A stretch of DNA of 64,000 nucleotides from Candidatus Woesearchaeota archaeon (GTDB taxonomy: Archaea; Nanobdellota; Nanobdellia; Pacearchaeales; GW2011-AR1). The notes under the pieces were generated by a model. It did no database searches, had not been told where the DNA came from, and saw nothing but the letters and a program-made list of their open reading frames with translations. The position numbers and the translations under genes are program-made. Positions 39,211 to 48,421 of the stretch are shown one piece after another. The stretch's first letter is position 1. Every line of letters begins with the position of its first letter. The DNA lies in assembly GCA_964578845.1 (NCBI GenBank), contig CAZOEF010000001.1:104591-168590 (forward strand), read 5' to 3'.

Positions 39211-39251
39211 AAAAATCCCACAGGATGAAATGGAAAAATAGCGAGGGTGGG
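39211..39251. repeat. 41-bp direct repeat copy 1 (aaaaatcccacaggatgaaatggaaaaatagcgagggtggg)
   Basis: Identical to 39314..39354. The 3' 13 nt equal the 3' end (T-stem 3' strand, acceptor 3' strand, discriminator) of the adjacent minus-strand tRNA-Met. Confidence 0.8.
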
Positions 39252-39313
39252 TGCTCGTGAAATCAAAGATTCCCGGCAACCTTCGTAAACCTTAAAGTTT
39301 ACTCAGGTATTTG

Positions 39314-39354
39314 AAAAATCCCACAGGATGAAATGGAAAAATAGCGAGGGTGGG
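39314..39354. repeat. 41-bp direct repeat copy 2, overlapping the 3' end of tRNA-Met (39342..39354)
   Basis: Exact 41/41 identity with copy 1. Confidence 0.8.
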
Positions 39355-39417
39355 ATTTGAACCACACGACCTCCGGGTTATGGGCCCGACGAGCACTCCA
39401 GACTGCTCTACCTCGCT
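39342..39417 (-). tRNA. Initiator-like tRNA-Met(CAT) with an aberrant T-arm; possibly a pseudogene or variant
   Basis: Minus-strand read AGCGAGG-TA-GAGC-AGTCTGGAGT-GCTC-G-TCGGG-CCCATAA-CCCGG-AGGTC-GTGTGGTTCAAATCCCAC-CCTCGCT-A. It has an A1:U72 pair and three consecutive G:C pairs at the base of the anticodon stem (initiator hallmarks), and anticodon CAT. The T-arm has one extra nucleotide (GTGTGG where GTGGG is expected), leaving a 4-bp stem with an 8-nt loop. A TTTAAAAG box lies about 27 nt upstream. Confidence 0.55.
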
Positions 39418-39505
39418 ATGATTAATATACTAATGAGAGGACTTTTAAAGATTTGCCTAGAAGACATTTGCAAATAAAATGATTTATTAAGGCCTAAATC
39501 CTGGA

Positions 39506-40138
39506 ATGAATATGAAATTCAAGAGAGGTGAATGGGCAGTTATATTGTTTAATCTCGCTTATATCATTCCGTTCACTATATTCTATCTTCTAAAAGAAGA
39601 TTATGAGTTCCTTATCTATATTGCAGTTTTAGTGTTGATAGCATTAATCATACTATTCAATTTCAGGAAATTAAATCTTGATTATTTAGCTTTATGGGGA
39701 TTGTCATTATGGGGATTACTCCACATGGCCGGAGGAGGGGTTATAATCAACGGGGCTACATTATACAAATTAAGAGTAATTGAACTAATCAATAACACTG
39801 CATTGAGCCCTGATTTTTATATACTTAAAATGGATCAGTTTGTACATTTCTACGGCTTCGCTGTCGCGGCTATTGTGATCTATCAATTATCTGCTCCCCA
39901 TATCAAAGACCTGCCTAAAAAAATGAAGCTTGCAATATTCCTGGCGTTCGTCGGGAGCATGGGATTAGGCGCATTGAACGAAGTTGTAGAATTTTTAGCG
40001 TTTGTATTTGTAAAAGAGACAGGCGTAGGGGACGTTTATAACACTGGCTTTGATTTAATATTCAATATGTTTGGAGCTTTCTTCGGGGCTTTAGTTGCAT
40101 CGTGGTGGAACAAACGAAAGGTAGCTAATAAAGTGTAA
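39506..40138 (+). CDS. Polytopic membrane protein (possibly DUF2238/YjdF-like)
   Basis: 210 aa with 5-6 predicted TM helices. Confidence 0.4.
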   Translation: MNMKFKRGEWAVILFNLAYIIPFTIFYLLKEDYEFLIYIAVLVLIALIILFNFRKLNLDYLALWGLSLWGLLHMAGGGVIINGATLYKLRVIELINNTALSPDFYILKMDQFVHFYGFAVAAIVIYQLSAPHIKDLPKKMKLAIFLAFVGSMGLGALNEVVEFLAFVFVKETGVGDVYNTGFDLIFNMFGAFFGALVASWWNKRKVANKV

Positions 40139-40172
40139 TTAATGTTAAAAAGAAAGATTTCAATTATCCTGA

Positions 40173-40712
40173 ATGGCTCATCTAAATGTAGAATTCAAAG
40201 CTAGATGTGAAGATCCACTTGCTGTTAGAAGAATCTTAGAAGATATTGGGGCTGATTATAGAGGCCAGGATCACCAGATTGACACTTATTTTAATGTTAC
40301 TAGCGGAAGGCTTAAATTAAGAGAAGGGACAATAGAAAACAACCTCATACATTATCTAAGGGATGACCAGGAAGGACCTAAACAATCGCATGTCTCTTTG
40401 TTCACGACTCATCCTGGCTCGACTCTTAAGACTATTCTGACTACTTCTTTAGGCATTAAAGTCGTGGTTGACAAGAAAAGAGATATATATTTCATTGACA
40501 ATGTGAAATTCCATATAGATGATGTTAAGGGACTGGGGCATTTTGTAGAAGTCGAAGCGATAGATAGGGATGGCACAATAGGAAGAGAAAGGCTTGAGGA
40601 CCAGTGCAATAGATATCTTGATGAATTTGGAATAAAACCTGAGCAATTAATATCTGTATCTTATAGCGATCTGTTGATGCAACAATCTCAAATTTGGAAG
40701 GAATATTTATAA
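40173..40712 (+). CDS. CYTH-domain protein (CyaB / thiamine-triphosphatase-like triphosphate tunnel metalloenzyme)
   Basis: N-terminal LNVEFKARCED (the ExExK motif), ...RLKLREG..., and ...GHFVEVEA... beta-strand acidic/basic pairs characteristic of CYTH. Confidence 0.6.
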   Translation: MAHLNVEFKARCEDPLAVRRILEDIGADYRGQDHQIDTYFNVTSGRLKLREGTIENNLIHYLRDDQEGPKQSHVSLFTTHPGSTLKTILTTSLGIKVVVDKKRDIYFIDNVKFHIDDVKGLGHFVEVEAIDRDGTIGRERLEDQCNRYLDEFGIKPEQLISVSYSDLLMQQSQIWKEYL

Positions 40713-40734
40713 AGTAAGGAATTTCTTACTTTTT

Positions 40735-40968
40735 ATGGAAACCAGAATAATAAAAGTCACGGATAAAGGACAGATATCCCTGCCTATTAAAATAAGGGAA
40801 TCTCTTCATATAAATAAAGGAGATGAATTGATAGTCACCCAGAGCAATGACTCAGTCATAATGAAGAAGCTTAGAAGGGAAGATTTTTCTGACTTGTTGA
40901 AACATTCGGAAAAAGTGGCTAAAAAACTCTGGGACAACAAAGAAGATGAGGTCTGGAATGAAATATAG
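40735..40968 (+). CDS. AbrB/SpoVT-fold antitoxin (MazE/PemI/VapB-like)
   Basis: VTDKGQISLPIKIRESLHINKGDELIV swapped-hairpin motif. It overlaps the start of the downstream toxin gene. Confidence 0.65.
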   Translation: METRIIKVTDKGQISLPIKIRESLHINKGDELIVTQSNDSVIMKKLRREDFSDLLKHSEKVAKKLWDNKEDEVWNEI

Positions 40969-41293
40969 GCAAGGAGAGATTGTGATAGCACCATTTCCTT
41001 TTTCAGACCTAAGCTCTGTAAAACAAAGGCCCGTATTAATATTGTCAAATAATAAAGATAATAAATCTTCTGATGACTTAATTACTTGTGGAATAACATC
41101 CAATCTCAAAAAGACTAAACATTCTATTATGATAGATGAAAATAGCTTGGAATCCGGAGCAATACCTAAAAAGAGTATGGTAAAAGTGGATAAAATATTT
41201 ACACTAGAAAAAACTTCAATTATTAAGAGGGTGGCTAAAATAAATAATGAGATGTTAAATCTTGTAAAGAAGGATTTTTACAGCCTGGTTTAG
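40958..41293 (+). CDS. MazF/PemK-family mRNA interferase toxin (start at internal Met)
   Basis: RQGEIVIAPFPFSDLSSVKQRPVLILSNN...ITCGITS matches the PemK/MazF core. Confidence 0.7.
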   Translation: MKYRQGEIVIAPFPFSDLSSVKQRPVLILSNNKDNKSSDDLITCGITSNLKKTKHSIMIDENSLESGAIPKKSMVKVDKIFTLEKTSIIKRVAKINNEMLNLVKKDFYSLV

Positions 41294-41297
41294 GAAG

Positions 41298-41305
41298 TTT
41301 TAAAA
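41298..41305 (+). promoter_or_regulatory. TATA-like box (TTTTAAAA) about 28 nt upstream of tRNA-Ser
   Basis: Position and composition typical of an archaeal tRNA promoter. Confidence 0.4.
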
Positions 41306-41329
41306 CTGCTTATTTCTCTAGAGATTGAT

Positions 41330-41413
41330 GCCCGGATGGCCCAGCGGTTACGGCGCGGGATTGCTAATCCCGTTTCCCTTGTGGATTCCCAAGTTCGAAT
41401 CTTGGTCCGGGCG
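41330..41413 (+). tRNA. tRNA-Ser(GCT) with long variable arm
   Basis: Acceptor GCCCGGA / TCCGGGC; anticodon stem CGGGA / TCCCG with loop TTGCTAA (anticodon GCT at 41363-41365); 16-nt variable arm; T-arm CCAAG-TTCGAAT-CTTGG; discriminator G. No encoded CCA. Confidence 0.8.
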
Positions 41414-41442
41414 CTCCACCATTTTGATTATCTTTTTAGGTT

Positions 41443-42105
41443 TTATGAAGCCAAAGATATAACCTTCATAATATAAGATATTTCAGAATCTTTAAATTTA
41501 TTTTTATTCTCTAATCTCTTTTCCCATTTGAATCCGGGCATAATAACAATTACTTCTTTTTCATTTAACTTAGACCATAAGGCACTATTTTTTCTAATAT
41601 GATGATTTCCTAACAGTGCAAAGACGAGACCCTTTGAGCTATATTGATTAATTATCTTAGCTTGTTGCAATTCTCGCTTCTTAGTAATCTTATTTGTTTC
41701 TTCATTAGAATATTTTTTATTTCTCCAATCTTTATTTACCCCCATATTTTTAAGATCGCATCCAATAATCGGTAATCCAAAACTTCTAGCCACTTTTACT
41801 ATGGGTTTTAATTGTCCATATTTAGAAACTACTGAAAAATCCTTATCATCTGGCTTACTTAGAAATTCTTTCGCTTTCTTATCGTTTAAAATATTGCGCC
41901 TCTCAAGCATCTCATAAAGGAAGAAATCCGGCTTAACTGCGCGAATTACTCTCTTTTGAACTTCTATTTGATTAATAAATCCATGATATTCTCCAAAAAG
42001 AACTGTAATTATTCTGTGATCTTTAATGAATTTTCTAAGGTCATTAATACTTTTAACACCCTTAATGCCTACTTGTATCTTGTACATTTCTCTTTTAATA
42101 GTCAA
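41443..42105 (-). CDS. Hypothetical protein, possibly Tiki/TraB/ChaN-like (GxxH ... HH motifs)
   Basis: VLFGEYHG and LLGNHHI are spaced like the paired His motifs of the Tiki/ChaN superfamily. The assignment is weak. Confidence 0.35.
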   Translation of the reverse strand: MTIKREMYKIQVGIKGVKSINDLRKFIKDHRIITVLFGEYHGFINQIEVQKRVIRAVKPDFFLYEMLERRNILNDKKAKEFLSKPDDKDFSVVSKYGQLKPIVKVARSFGLPIIGCDLKNMGVNKDWRNKKYSNEETNKITKKRELQQAKIINQYSSKGLVFALLGNHHIRKNSALWSKLNEKEVIVIMPGFKWEKRLENKNKFKDSEISYIMKVISLAS

Positions 42106-42159
42106 TTATTTAAAGAGGTATCGTATAACAATGAGATTAGATCTGCAATTTGGGAGTTT

Positions 42160-42570
42160 ATGAAAATGGAAAAAGAAGATTTTCACAAAAAATGGTATTA
42201 TCGATCACTTCAAATAATATTTCTGGGTTTTTTTATATTCTTTTTCATTGTGGGCATTAGAGGTATCTTTTACGGAGAGGGTGAGCCATTTATTGGATTC
42301 ATCTTTGCAGGTATTTTAGCTATTATCTATTGGCTGATTATGAGAAGTGTAGGCACAATGAGCGGTTTCGTTTTTGGCGTAATAGTTGGCCTTCTTTTAT
42401 TATTTATAATATCCAAACTTAATCCGGGGGACGATATAGCTGGGATAGTGATAATTACCTTATTAGTAAGTGGATCATTCTGTGCTTTCATAGGTTATTT
42501 AATTCAAAATTATCTTGGAAAGAAGAATAAAGATAGGTTTATTCGCTCAAGACGTGAGTACACACAATAG
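42160..42570 (+). CDS. Small membrane protein (start at MKMEKEDF; the ORF-track N-terminal extension is unlikely)
   Basis: Three or four hydrophobic helices. The longer ORF (from 41956) would overlap the convergent gene. Confidence 0.4.
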   Translation: MKMEKEDFHKKWYYRSLQIIFLGFFIFFFIVGIRGIFYGEGEPFIGFIFAGILAIIYWLIMRSVGTMSGFVFGVIVGLLLLFIISKLNPGDDIAGIVIITLLVSGSFCAFIGYLIQNYLGKKNKDRFIRSRREYTQ

Positions 42571-42589
42571 AAGATAATAAATAATAGAA

Positions 42590-42904
42590 ATGCTTAGCAT
42601 TTACTTAATCATGAAAATCAAAGATATATTTAATTATTACAAGGATAATCCTAAAGGGTATTGGTTCAAGCGAAAGCTCTATGGTTGGGGCTGGGTGCCT
42701 GTAAGATGGCAGGGCTGGCTTGTAATAATTATTAGTGCAGCTATTTTTGGTGCAGGCATTTACATCGGAGAAACTGATGATGCACCAGGTGCAGCGCTAC
42801 TTGGCCTGTTAGCAATGATCGCAATTCTCATATTTTTCGGCTACTGGAAAGGGGAAAAGCCGCGCTGGCAGTGGGGATTGAAAGACAAAAGTAGAAACAG
42901 ATAA
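42590..42904 (+). CDS. Small membrane protein (2 TM)
   Basis: Two hydrophobic segments (WLVIIISAAIFGAGIYI and ALLGLLAMIAILIFFGYW). Confidence 0.35.
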   Translation: MLSIYLIMKIKDIFNYYKDNPKGYWFKRKLYGWGWVPVRWQGWLVIIISAAIFGAGIYIGETDDAPGAALLGLLAMIAILIFFGYWKGEKPRWQWGLKDKSRNR

Positions 42905-42934
42905 TGTTTTAAATAAATCAATTCTAAAGGACTT

Positions 42935-44617
42935 GTGAAAACTTTTGAAGAATTTACATATAAGCGCCCTGACATTAATAAGGTAGAAAAAGAATTTGTA
43001 GATAATATCTCTAACCTTAAGGGAGCTGAAAATGCAGAGGAATTTTTGAAAACAGTTGAATATACTGAAAGGCTCATAACAGAAATTGATTCAATGATAA
43101 CTCTTGCTAGTATCAGGTTCAACCAAGACACCCAAGATGAATTCTACTCAGGGGAACATGAGTTCTGTAATAAACTGCTGCCCATCTTACAAAACCTAAA
43201 AAGAGAGTATTATCAAGTCATTATAAATTCCAAGTTTAGAGGAAACTTTGATAAGAAATATGGGAAAAATGTTGGTAGGGCAATGGAAAGATCATTAAAT
43301 ACAGTCAAGCCGGCTGTGCTTGATCTTCTTGAAAAAGAAAATAACCTAGCAAGCAAATACAGAAAACTTATCAGCTCAGGAGACTTTACATTTAAGGGTA
43401 AAAAATTGACAAGAAGTGAATTGCGCTCCCTATTCACATCAAAAGACAGAGAGACAAGAAAGCTTGCCAATGAAGAATTCTGTCATTTTTTCGAGAAATA
43501 CGAGGAAGAATTAGATGAGATCTTTGATAATCTTGTAAAGACAAGACATGAAATAGCTTTAGCGTTAGGATATGATAATTTTGTTGAACTTGGGTATGAC
43601 AGACTGGGAAGGCCTGATTATGGAAGCAGCGAAGTTAAGGAACTGCAAAAGCATGCATTGAAGAATTTTATTCCATTCATAGAGAAGGTAAAATCGTGGC
43701 AAAAATCAAATATGGGCCTAGATAAGTTATACTATTACGATGATCCGGTCTATTTCAAAGAGGACATTGAGATTAAAGGAGATCATTCTTTTGTAATAAA
43801 AGAAGTAGAAAATACTTTTAGGGAGATGGGTAAGGAGAGTAAAGAATTCTTCACATATATGATAGAACGTAATCTATTAGACCTTCTTCCGAGAAAATCA
43901 AAACTGGATTGGGGATTCTGCGAATTTATCAAATCGGAGAAAGCCCCTTTTGTATTTATGAATTATTCCGGCTCACCTCTTAATGTTCTGACATTATTTC
44001 ATGAAGGGGGCCATGCATTATGCGCCTATATGAACAGAGACAAAAGCTTTCGGGATGAGACTACTGTAGGATATGAACTCTCAGAGATACATTCAATGTC
44101 AATGGAATATTTCTGCTGGCCATATGTTGACAGGATTACATCAAATCCGGAACAGTTCAAGCTTTTTAGCCTTTTGAAAGGCGCGCTCTTTATACCTTAC
44201 GGGCTTCTTGTTGATGCATTCCAGCACTGGGTATATGAGAATCCTAATGTATCGCCTTCAGACAGAAAAAAGCAATGGAGAGAAATGGAGAAAAAATACC
44301 TTCCTTATTTAGATTATGAAGATAATGAATTCTTAGATAAAGGGACTTTCTGGTATAGACAGCTCCATATATTTGATGCCCCTTTCTATTATATTGATTA
44401 TGTGATAGCTGGTTTGTGTGCCTTTCAATATCTGTTCAGGTTCATGGAGAATAGAGATAAAGCATGGAAAGACTACATTAATCTGATAAACTCTTCTATA
44501 ACTTATGGTTTCAATGATGCGCTGAAAAAAGGAAACCTCAAAAGTCCGTTTAAGGAAGCGACAATAAAAGAGATCACTGAGAATCTTGAGTCTTTATTAG
44601 GGATATTACTACAATAA
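42935..44617 (+). CDS. M3B-family oligoendopeptidase (second PepF-like paralogue)
   Basis: HExxH in LFHEGGHALCAY, M3-like length (560 aa), and a GTG start. Confidence 0.65.
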   Translation: MKTFEEFTYKRPDINKVEKEFVDNISNLKGAENAEEFLKTVEYTERLITEIDSMITLASIRFNQDTQDEFYSGEHEFCNKLLPILQNLKREYYQVIINSKFRGNFDKKYGKNVGRAMERSLNTVKPAVLDLLEKENNLASKYRKLISSGDFTFKGKKLTRSELRSLFTSKDRETRKLANEEFCHFFEKYEEELDEIFDNLVKTRHEIALALGYDNFVELGYDRLGRPDYGSSEVKELQKHALKNFIPFIEKVKSWQKSNMGLDKLYYYDDPVYFKEDIEIKGDHSFVIKEVENTFREMGKESKEFFTYMIERNLLDLLPRKSKLDWGFCEFIKSEKAPFVFMNYSGSPLNVLTLFHEGGHALCAYMNRDKSFRDETTVGYELSEIHSMSMEYFCWPYVDRITSNPEQFKLFSLLKGALFIPYGLLVDAFQHWVYENPNVSPSDRKKQWREMEKKYLPYLDYEDNEFLDKGTFWYRQLHIFDAPFYYIDYVIAGLCAFQYLFRFMENRDKAWKDYINLINSSITYGFNDALKKGNLKSPFKEATIKEITENLESLLGILLQ

Positions 44618-44648
44618 AAATTATAAATCCAGAATAAAATAGAATCTT

Positions 44649-45311
44649 ATGGTACTTAATCTATATTTGTTCAGACATGGGGAAACTGAGTATAATATCA
44701 CTGGCAATAAGATTGGGGGAAGATCAAATCATCTTGAGCTTTCTGAGAGAGGAGTTAAGCAGGCAAGAGCTTTAGGGGAGAGATTATTGAGAGAAGGAAT
44801 AATGTTTGATGAGTTGCATTCTTCGACTGCTGTTAGGGCTATGGCTACTGCAGAAATTGTAGCTAGAACAATCGAATATCCTACAGAAAATATTATGACG
44901 TCTCCTGAGCTTTTGGAACTGTCGCAAGGTGATTGGGAAGGAAAGGTACGCTCTGAGATATATACTTCTGATGTCATAGCAATGATGAGGAAGCAAAGTC
45001 CTGATTTCAGAGCCCCGAATGGCGAGTCACAAAGAGATGTTGAGGAAAGAATTTATGGATGGGTTGAGAGAAATTTTATTGGAAGGCAGCTGACTGTCGG
45101 AGTCTTTGGCCACGGAATGGCTACAAAATGTTTCCTTAGAAAAGTCCTTGGCTCGAATCCGGATATTACATACAAGATGGAGATAGACAATTGTTCAATA
45201 ACACATTTGATTTACACCCCAGATGGACCCCATAAAGGATGGGGCTTGACAAAAGTTAATGACAATAGTCATATAAATGGTGTTGGCTTCTCCCATACAA
45301 GATACGCTTAA
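44649..45311 (+). CDS. Histidine phosphatase family protein (phosphoglycerate mutase-like)
   Basis: LYLFRHGETEYN (RHG catalytic motif), plus a downstream ...HG... second His. Confidence 0.75.
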   Translation: MVLNLYLFRHGETEYNITGNKIGGRSNHLELSERGVKQARALGERLLREGIMFDELHSSTAVRAMATAEIVARTIEYPTENIMTSPELLELSQGDWEGKVRSEIYTSDVIAMMRKQSPDFRAPNGESQRDVEERIYGWVERNFIGRQLTVGVFGHGMATKCFLRKVLGSNPDITYKMEIDNCSITHLIYTPDGPHKGWGLTKVNDNSHINGVGFSHTRYA

Positions 45312-45340
45312 CACCCAAAATTTAAATAACCTAAACCTTT

Positions 45341-46216
45341 TTGATAAATATGCAAAAGATAGTCCCTCATTTATGGTTTGATAAGGAAGCGGTTGAAGCT
45401 GCTGAGTTCTATACTAAAGTATTTCCGGATTCCAAGATAACACATAAATCTATGATAAAGGACACCCCTTCAGGGGATTGTGATATTGTAGGATTCAATT
45501 TAATGGGATATGAATTCATGTCAATAAGTGCAGGGCCGTATTTCAAAATAAACCCATCTATATCTTTCCATGTCAAATGCAAAACTCCTCAGGAAGTGGA
45601 TAATTATTATGAAAAATTATCTGAGAATGGAAAAGTCTTAATGGAGCTTAGCGAATATCCTTTCAGCAAAAGGTATGCCTGGGTTGAGGATAAATTCGGA
45701 GTGTCATGGCAGATAATACTAACAGAAGAAAACTTTGAACAAAATATTGTTCCTGCATTATTATTCACGCAGGATTTGTGTGGTAAATCAAGAGAAGCAA
45801 TTGAATATTATGTTAAAGTATTCCCTGAATCTAAGATAGATGCAATAGTTGAGTATGGCAAGAATGAATTCAATGAAAAAGAAGATAATATAATGTACTC
45901 ACAGTTCAAGTTAGCAAATGAAGAATTCATTGCAATGGATTCTGGCATGGACCACAAATTCAAATTCAATGAAGCGATATCCTTTATTGTTAACTGCAAA
46001 GACCAGAAAGAGATTGATCATTACTGGGATAAACTATCAGCAGTTCCTGAATCTGAGCAATGTGGGTGGGTGAAAGATAAATTCGGAGTTTCGTGGCAGA
46101 TAACTCCTGAAAATATGAATGAATTATTATCAAAAAATCCGGAAAAGACAACTCCTATAATGCTGAAAATGAAAAAGATAATAATTACTGAACTAGAGAA
46201 AGCTGGGGAAGAATAG
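45341..46216 (+). CDS. Tandem VOC/PhnB-like (glyoxalase-fold, so-called 3-demethylubiquinone-9 3-methyltransferase domain) protein
   Basis: Two repeats, each ending in ...DKFGVSWQI..., the PhnB-like signature. Confidence 0.55.
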   Translation: MINMQKIVPHLWFDKEAVEAAEFYTKVFPDSKITHKSMIKDTPSGDCDIVGFNLMGYEFMSISAGPYFKINPSISFHVKCKTPQEVDNYYEKLSENGKVLMELSEYPFSKRYAWVEDKFGVSWQIILTEENFEQNIVPALLFTQDLCGKSREAIEYYVKVFPESKIDAIVEYGKNEFNEKEDNIMYSQFKLANEEFIAMDSGMDHKFKFNEAISFIVNCKDQKEIDHYWDKLSAVPESEQCGWVKDKFGVSWQITPENMNELLSKNPEKTTPIMLKMKKIIITELEKAGEE

Positions 46217-46270
46217 ATTTACGATTTAGATACAATAAACGTTTAAATACTCACTCAATAGATTTTATCT

Positions 46271-46639
46271 ATGAGACATGAACAATATATAGGTTTTAGG
46301 GAAATCCCTCATGGGCTTGAAAAATTTTTAGAAGAAAAAGGATTTATAGAAACTCCTACTAGCCCAAATTCTTCCGGAATGCATGTTTATGAAAATCAAG
46401 GAGATATGTGGTTTGAATTAGTATATAATGAAAATCTTGTGCAAGCAAGGCCTGGTGAAGTTCCTGACTGGAACAGATCGCCTGTACCGATTGTATCTGA
46501 TATGCAAATTTCATATCCTGGCTGGGAGGATGAAGAGCTAGATATAGTGAATAGTTTAGTTAGAGATATTGTTAATACCTTTGATGCAGTACATTATGAT
46601 GTTCAGTTAGATATATTTTATGAAAGGGATCAGAAGTAA
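46271..46639 (+). CDS. Hypothetical protein (122 aa)
   Basis: Clean ORF. No recognised motif. Confidence 0.3.
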   Translation: MRHEQYIGFREIPHGLEKFLEEKGFIETPTSPNSSGMHVYENQGDMWFELVYNENLVQARPGEVPDWNRSPVPIVSDMQISYPGWEDEELDIVNSLVRDIVNTFDAVHYDVQLDIFYERDQK

Positions 46640-46694
46640 AAATAATACTTCTTCCTATCAATAAGTTCTTAAATCCTAAATTGATAATCTAAAA

Positions 46695-47651
46695 ATGCCT
46701 ATAAAAAATGATGATGTAGTTGTAGTAAAGAACTTAAGGAAATCATTCAAGAATGTTCACGTCCTGAAAGGAGTTGATTTCTCCATGAAAAAGGGAAAGG
46801 TATTGGCCCTTCTTGGGCCTAACGGAGCCGGCAAAACTACGACTGTAAAAATACTAAGTACCTTACTAAAACCTGACGGAGGGAAAGCATTAGTAAATGG
46901 CCACGATGTGGTAAAGCAGTCTTATGAAGTAAAGAAGAGTATTGGCTTGACAGGACAGTATGCTGCTGTTGATGAATATTTGACAGGCGAAGAGAACTTG
47001 ATCATGATGGGCAGGCTTTACAGGCTAAGCAAGAAAGATTCCGCAAAAAGAGCAAAGGAATTATTGAAAGAGTTCGACCTGAATGGCGCGGCAAAGAGAG
47101 CTGTAAAGACTTATTCAGGCGGAATGAGAAGAAGATTAGATTTAGCTATGAGCCTGATTGCTTCACCGCCAATAATCTTTCTGGATGAACCTACCACTGG
47201 CTTAGACCCTAGAAGCCGCATGACAATGTGGGAAATAATCAAGAAACTTGCTAATAGCGGGACTACAATACTATTGACAACTCAATATATGGAGGAAGCG
47301 GACAGGTTGGCTGACAGGATAATTGTATTAGATAATGGGAAAATAATCGCCGAGGGAACAGCCCAGGAATTAAAACAGAAAGTCGGGCCTGAAAGATTAG
47401 AATTGATCATTTCCTCTGAAAGTGATTTTAGCAAAGCTGTCAAATTGATCGGAAAAGAATTGACTTCTGACAAGGAAAACAGAAAAATAAATATCACTAT
47501 TGAAAAAGGCATTGGTGAGATTAAGGATGTCCTCAATAAACTTGAAAGCGGAAATATCAAGATAGATAGCTTTTCATTACATCGCCCGACTTTAGACGAC
47601 GTCTTCCTTAACTTGACAGGGCGCGCTGCGAGCGAAGAGGAGAAAAAATGA
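46695..47651 (+). CDS. ABC transporter ATP-binding protein (ABC-2/DrrA-like exporter ATPase)
   Basis: Walker A GPNGAGKTT, signature YSGGMRRRL, Walker B IIFLDEPTTGLD, with a C-terminal accessory domain. Confidence 0.85.
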   Translation: MPIKNDDVVVVKNLRKSFKNVHVLKGVDFSMKKGKVLALLGPNGAGKTTTVKILSTLLKPDGGKALVNGHDVVKQSYEVKKSIGLTGQYAAVDEYLTGEENLIMMGRLYRLSKKDSAKRAKELLKEFDLNGAAKRAVKTYSGGMRRRLDLAMSLIASPPIIFLDEPTTGLDPRSRMTMWEIIKKLANSGTTILLTTQYMEEADRLADRIIVLDNGKIIAEGTAQELKQKVGPERLELIISSESDFSKAVKLIGKELTSDKENRKINITIEKGIGEIKDVLNKLESGNIKIDSFSLHRPTLDDVFLNLTGRAASEEEKK

Positions 47652-48421
47652 ACGTGTTATGGATGCTTAGAGACTGCTGGGTATTGACGCAGCGAAGCCT
47701 GAAGCATATGGTCAAGAACTTTGACCAATTATTATCTATAATCATCATGCCTGTCATGTTCTTGTTATTATTCAGGTATGTTTTCGGAGGAGCAATAAAT
47801 ACTGGAGATGTGAGTTATGTCAATTTCCTTGTTGCAGGAATACTAGTTCAGACTTTAGCATTTGGAGCAAGCACTACCACATTGAATTTAGTATTGGATC
47901 TAAAAAGAGGCGTGATAGATAGGTTTAGGTCATTACCAATGTTTAGTCCTGCTTTGTTAGTGGGACACGTCTCAGCTGATTTAGTAAGAAACACCCTTTC
48001 AGGAGTAATATTATTAGCATTTAGTTTCCTTCTTGGATTCAGGCCTAACGCAAGCTTGCTAGAATGGGGATTAGTCTTCGGATTACTGCTATTATTTACT
48101 TTTGCAATGTCGTGGCTGTCCGCAATAATCGGACTTCTTGTAAGGAGCATGGAAGCAGCGCAATGGATATCATTCATGTTCATAATGCCATTGACTTTTA
48201 TCAGCAGTGCTTTCGTCCCTACAGATAGCATGCCTGCAGCATTAAGGGTATTCGCAGAGAACCAGCCATTCACAAAAGTCATTGAGGCTATAAGAGCATG
48301 GCTAGTCGGCACACCTATAGGAAATTCAGGATGGATCGCACTATTATGGTGTTTAGGAGCTATTATAGTATTCATACCTTTAGCAGCACATCTTTTCAAG
48401 AACAAGCAGAGATTTGATTAA
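47648..48421 (+). CDS. ABC-2 type transporter permease
   Basis: 257 aa with six predicted TM helices. Translationally coupled to the ATPase (4-nt overlap). Confidence 0.7.
   Translation: MNVLWMLRDCWVLTQRSLKHMVKNFDQLLSIIIMPVMFLLLFRYVFGGAINTGDVSYVNFLVAGILVQTLAFGASTTTLNLVLDLKRGVIDRFRSLPMFSPALLVGHVSADLVRNTLSGVILLAFSFLLGFRPNASLLEWGLVFGLLLLFTFAMSWLSAIIGLLVRSMEAAQWISFMFIMPLTFISSAFVPTDSMPAALRVFAENQPFTKVIEAIRAWLVGTPIGNSGWIALLWCLGAIIVFIPLAAHLFKNKQRFD

Noticed and set aside
39252-39313. The 62 bp between the two 41-bp direct repeats, as an integrated mobile element
   Set aside because: Far too short to encode anything. No integrase or transposase in the window. Treated as a scar or tandem duplication instead.
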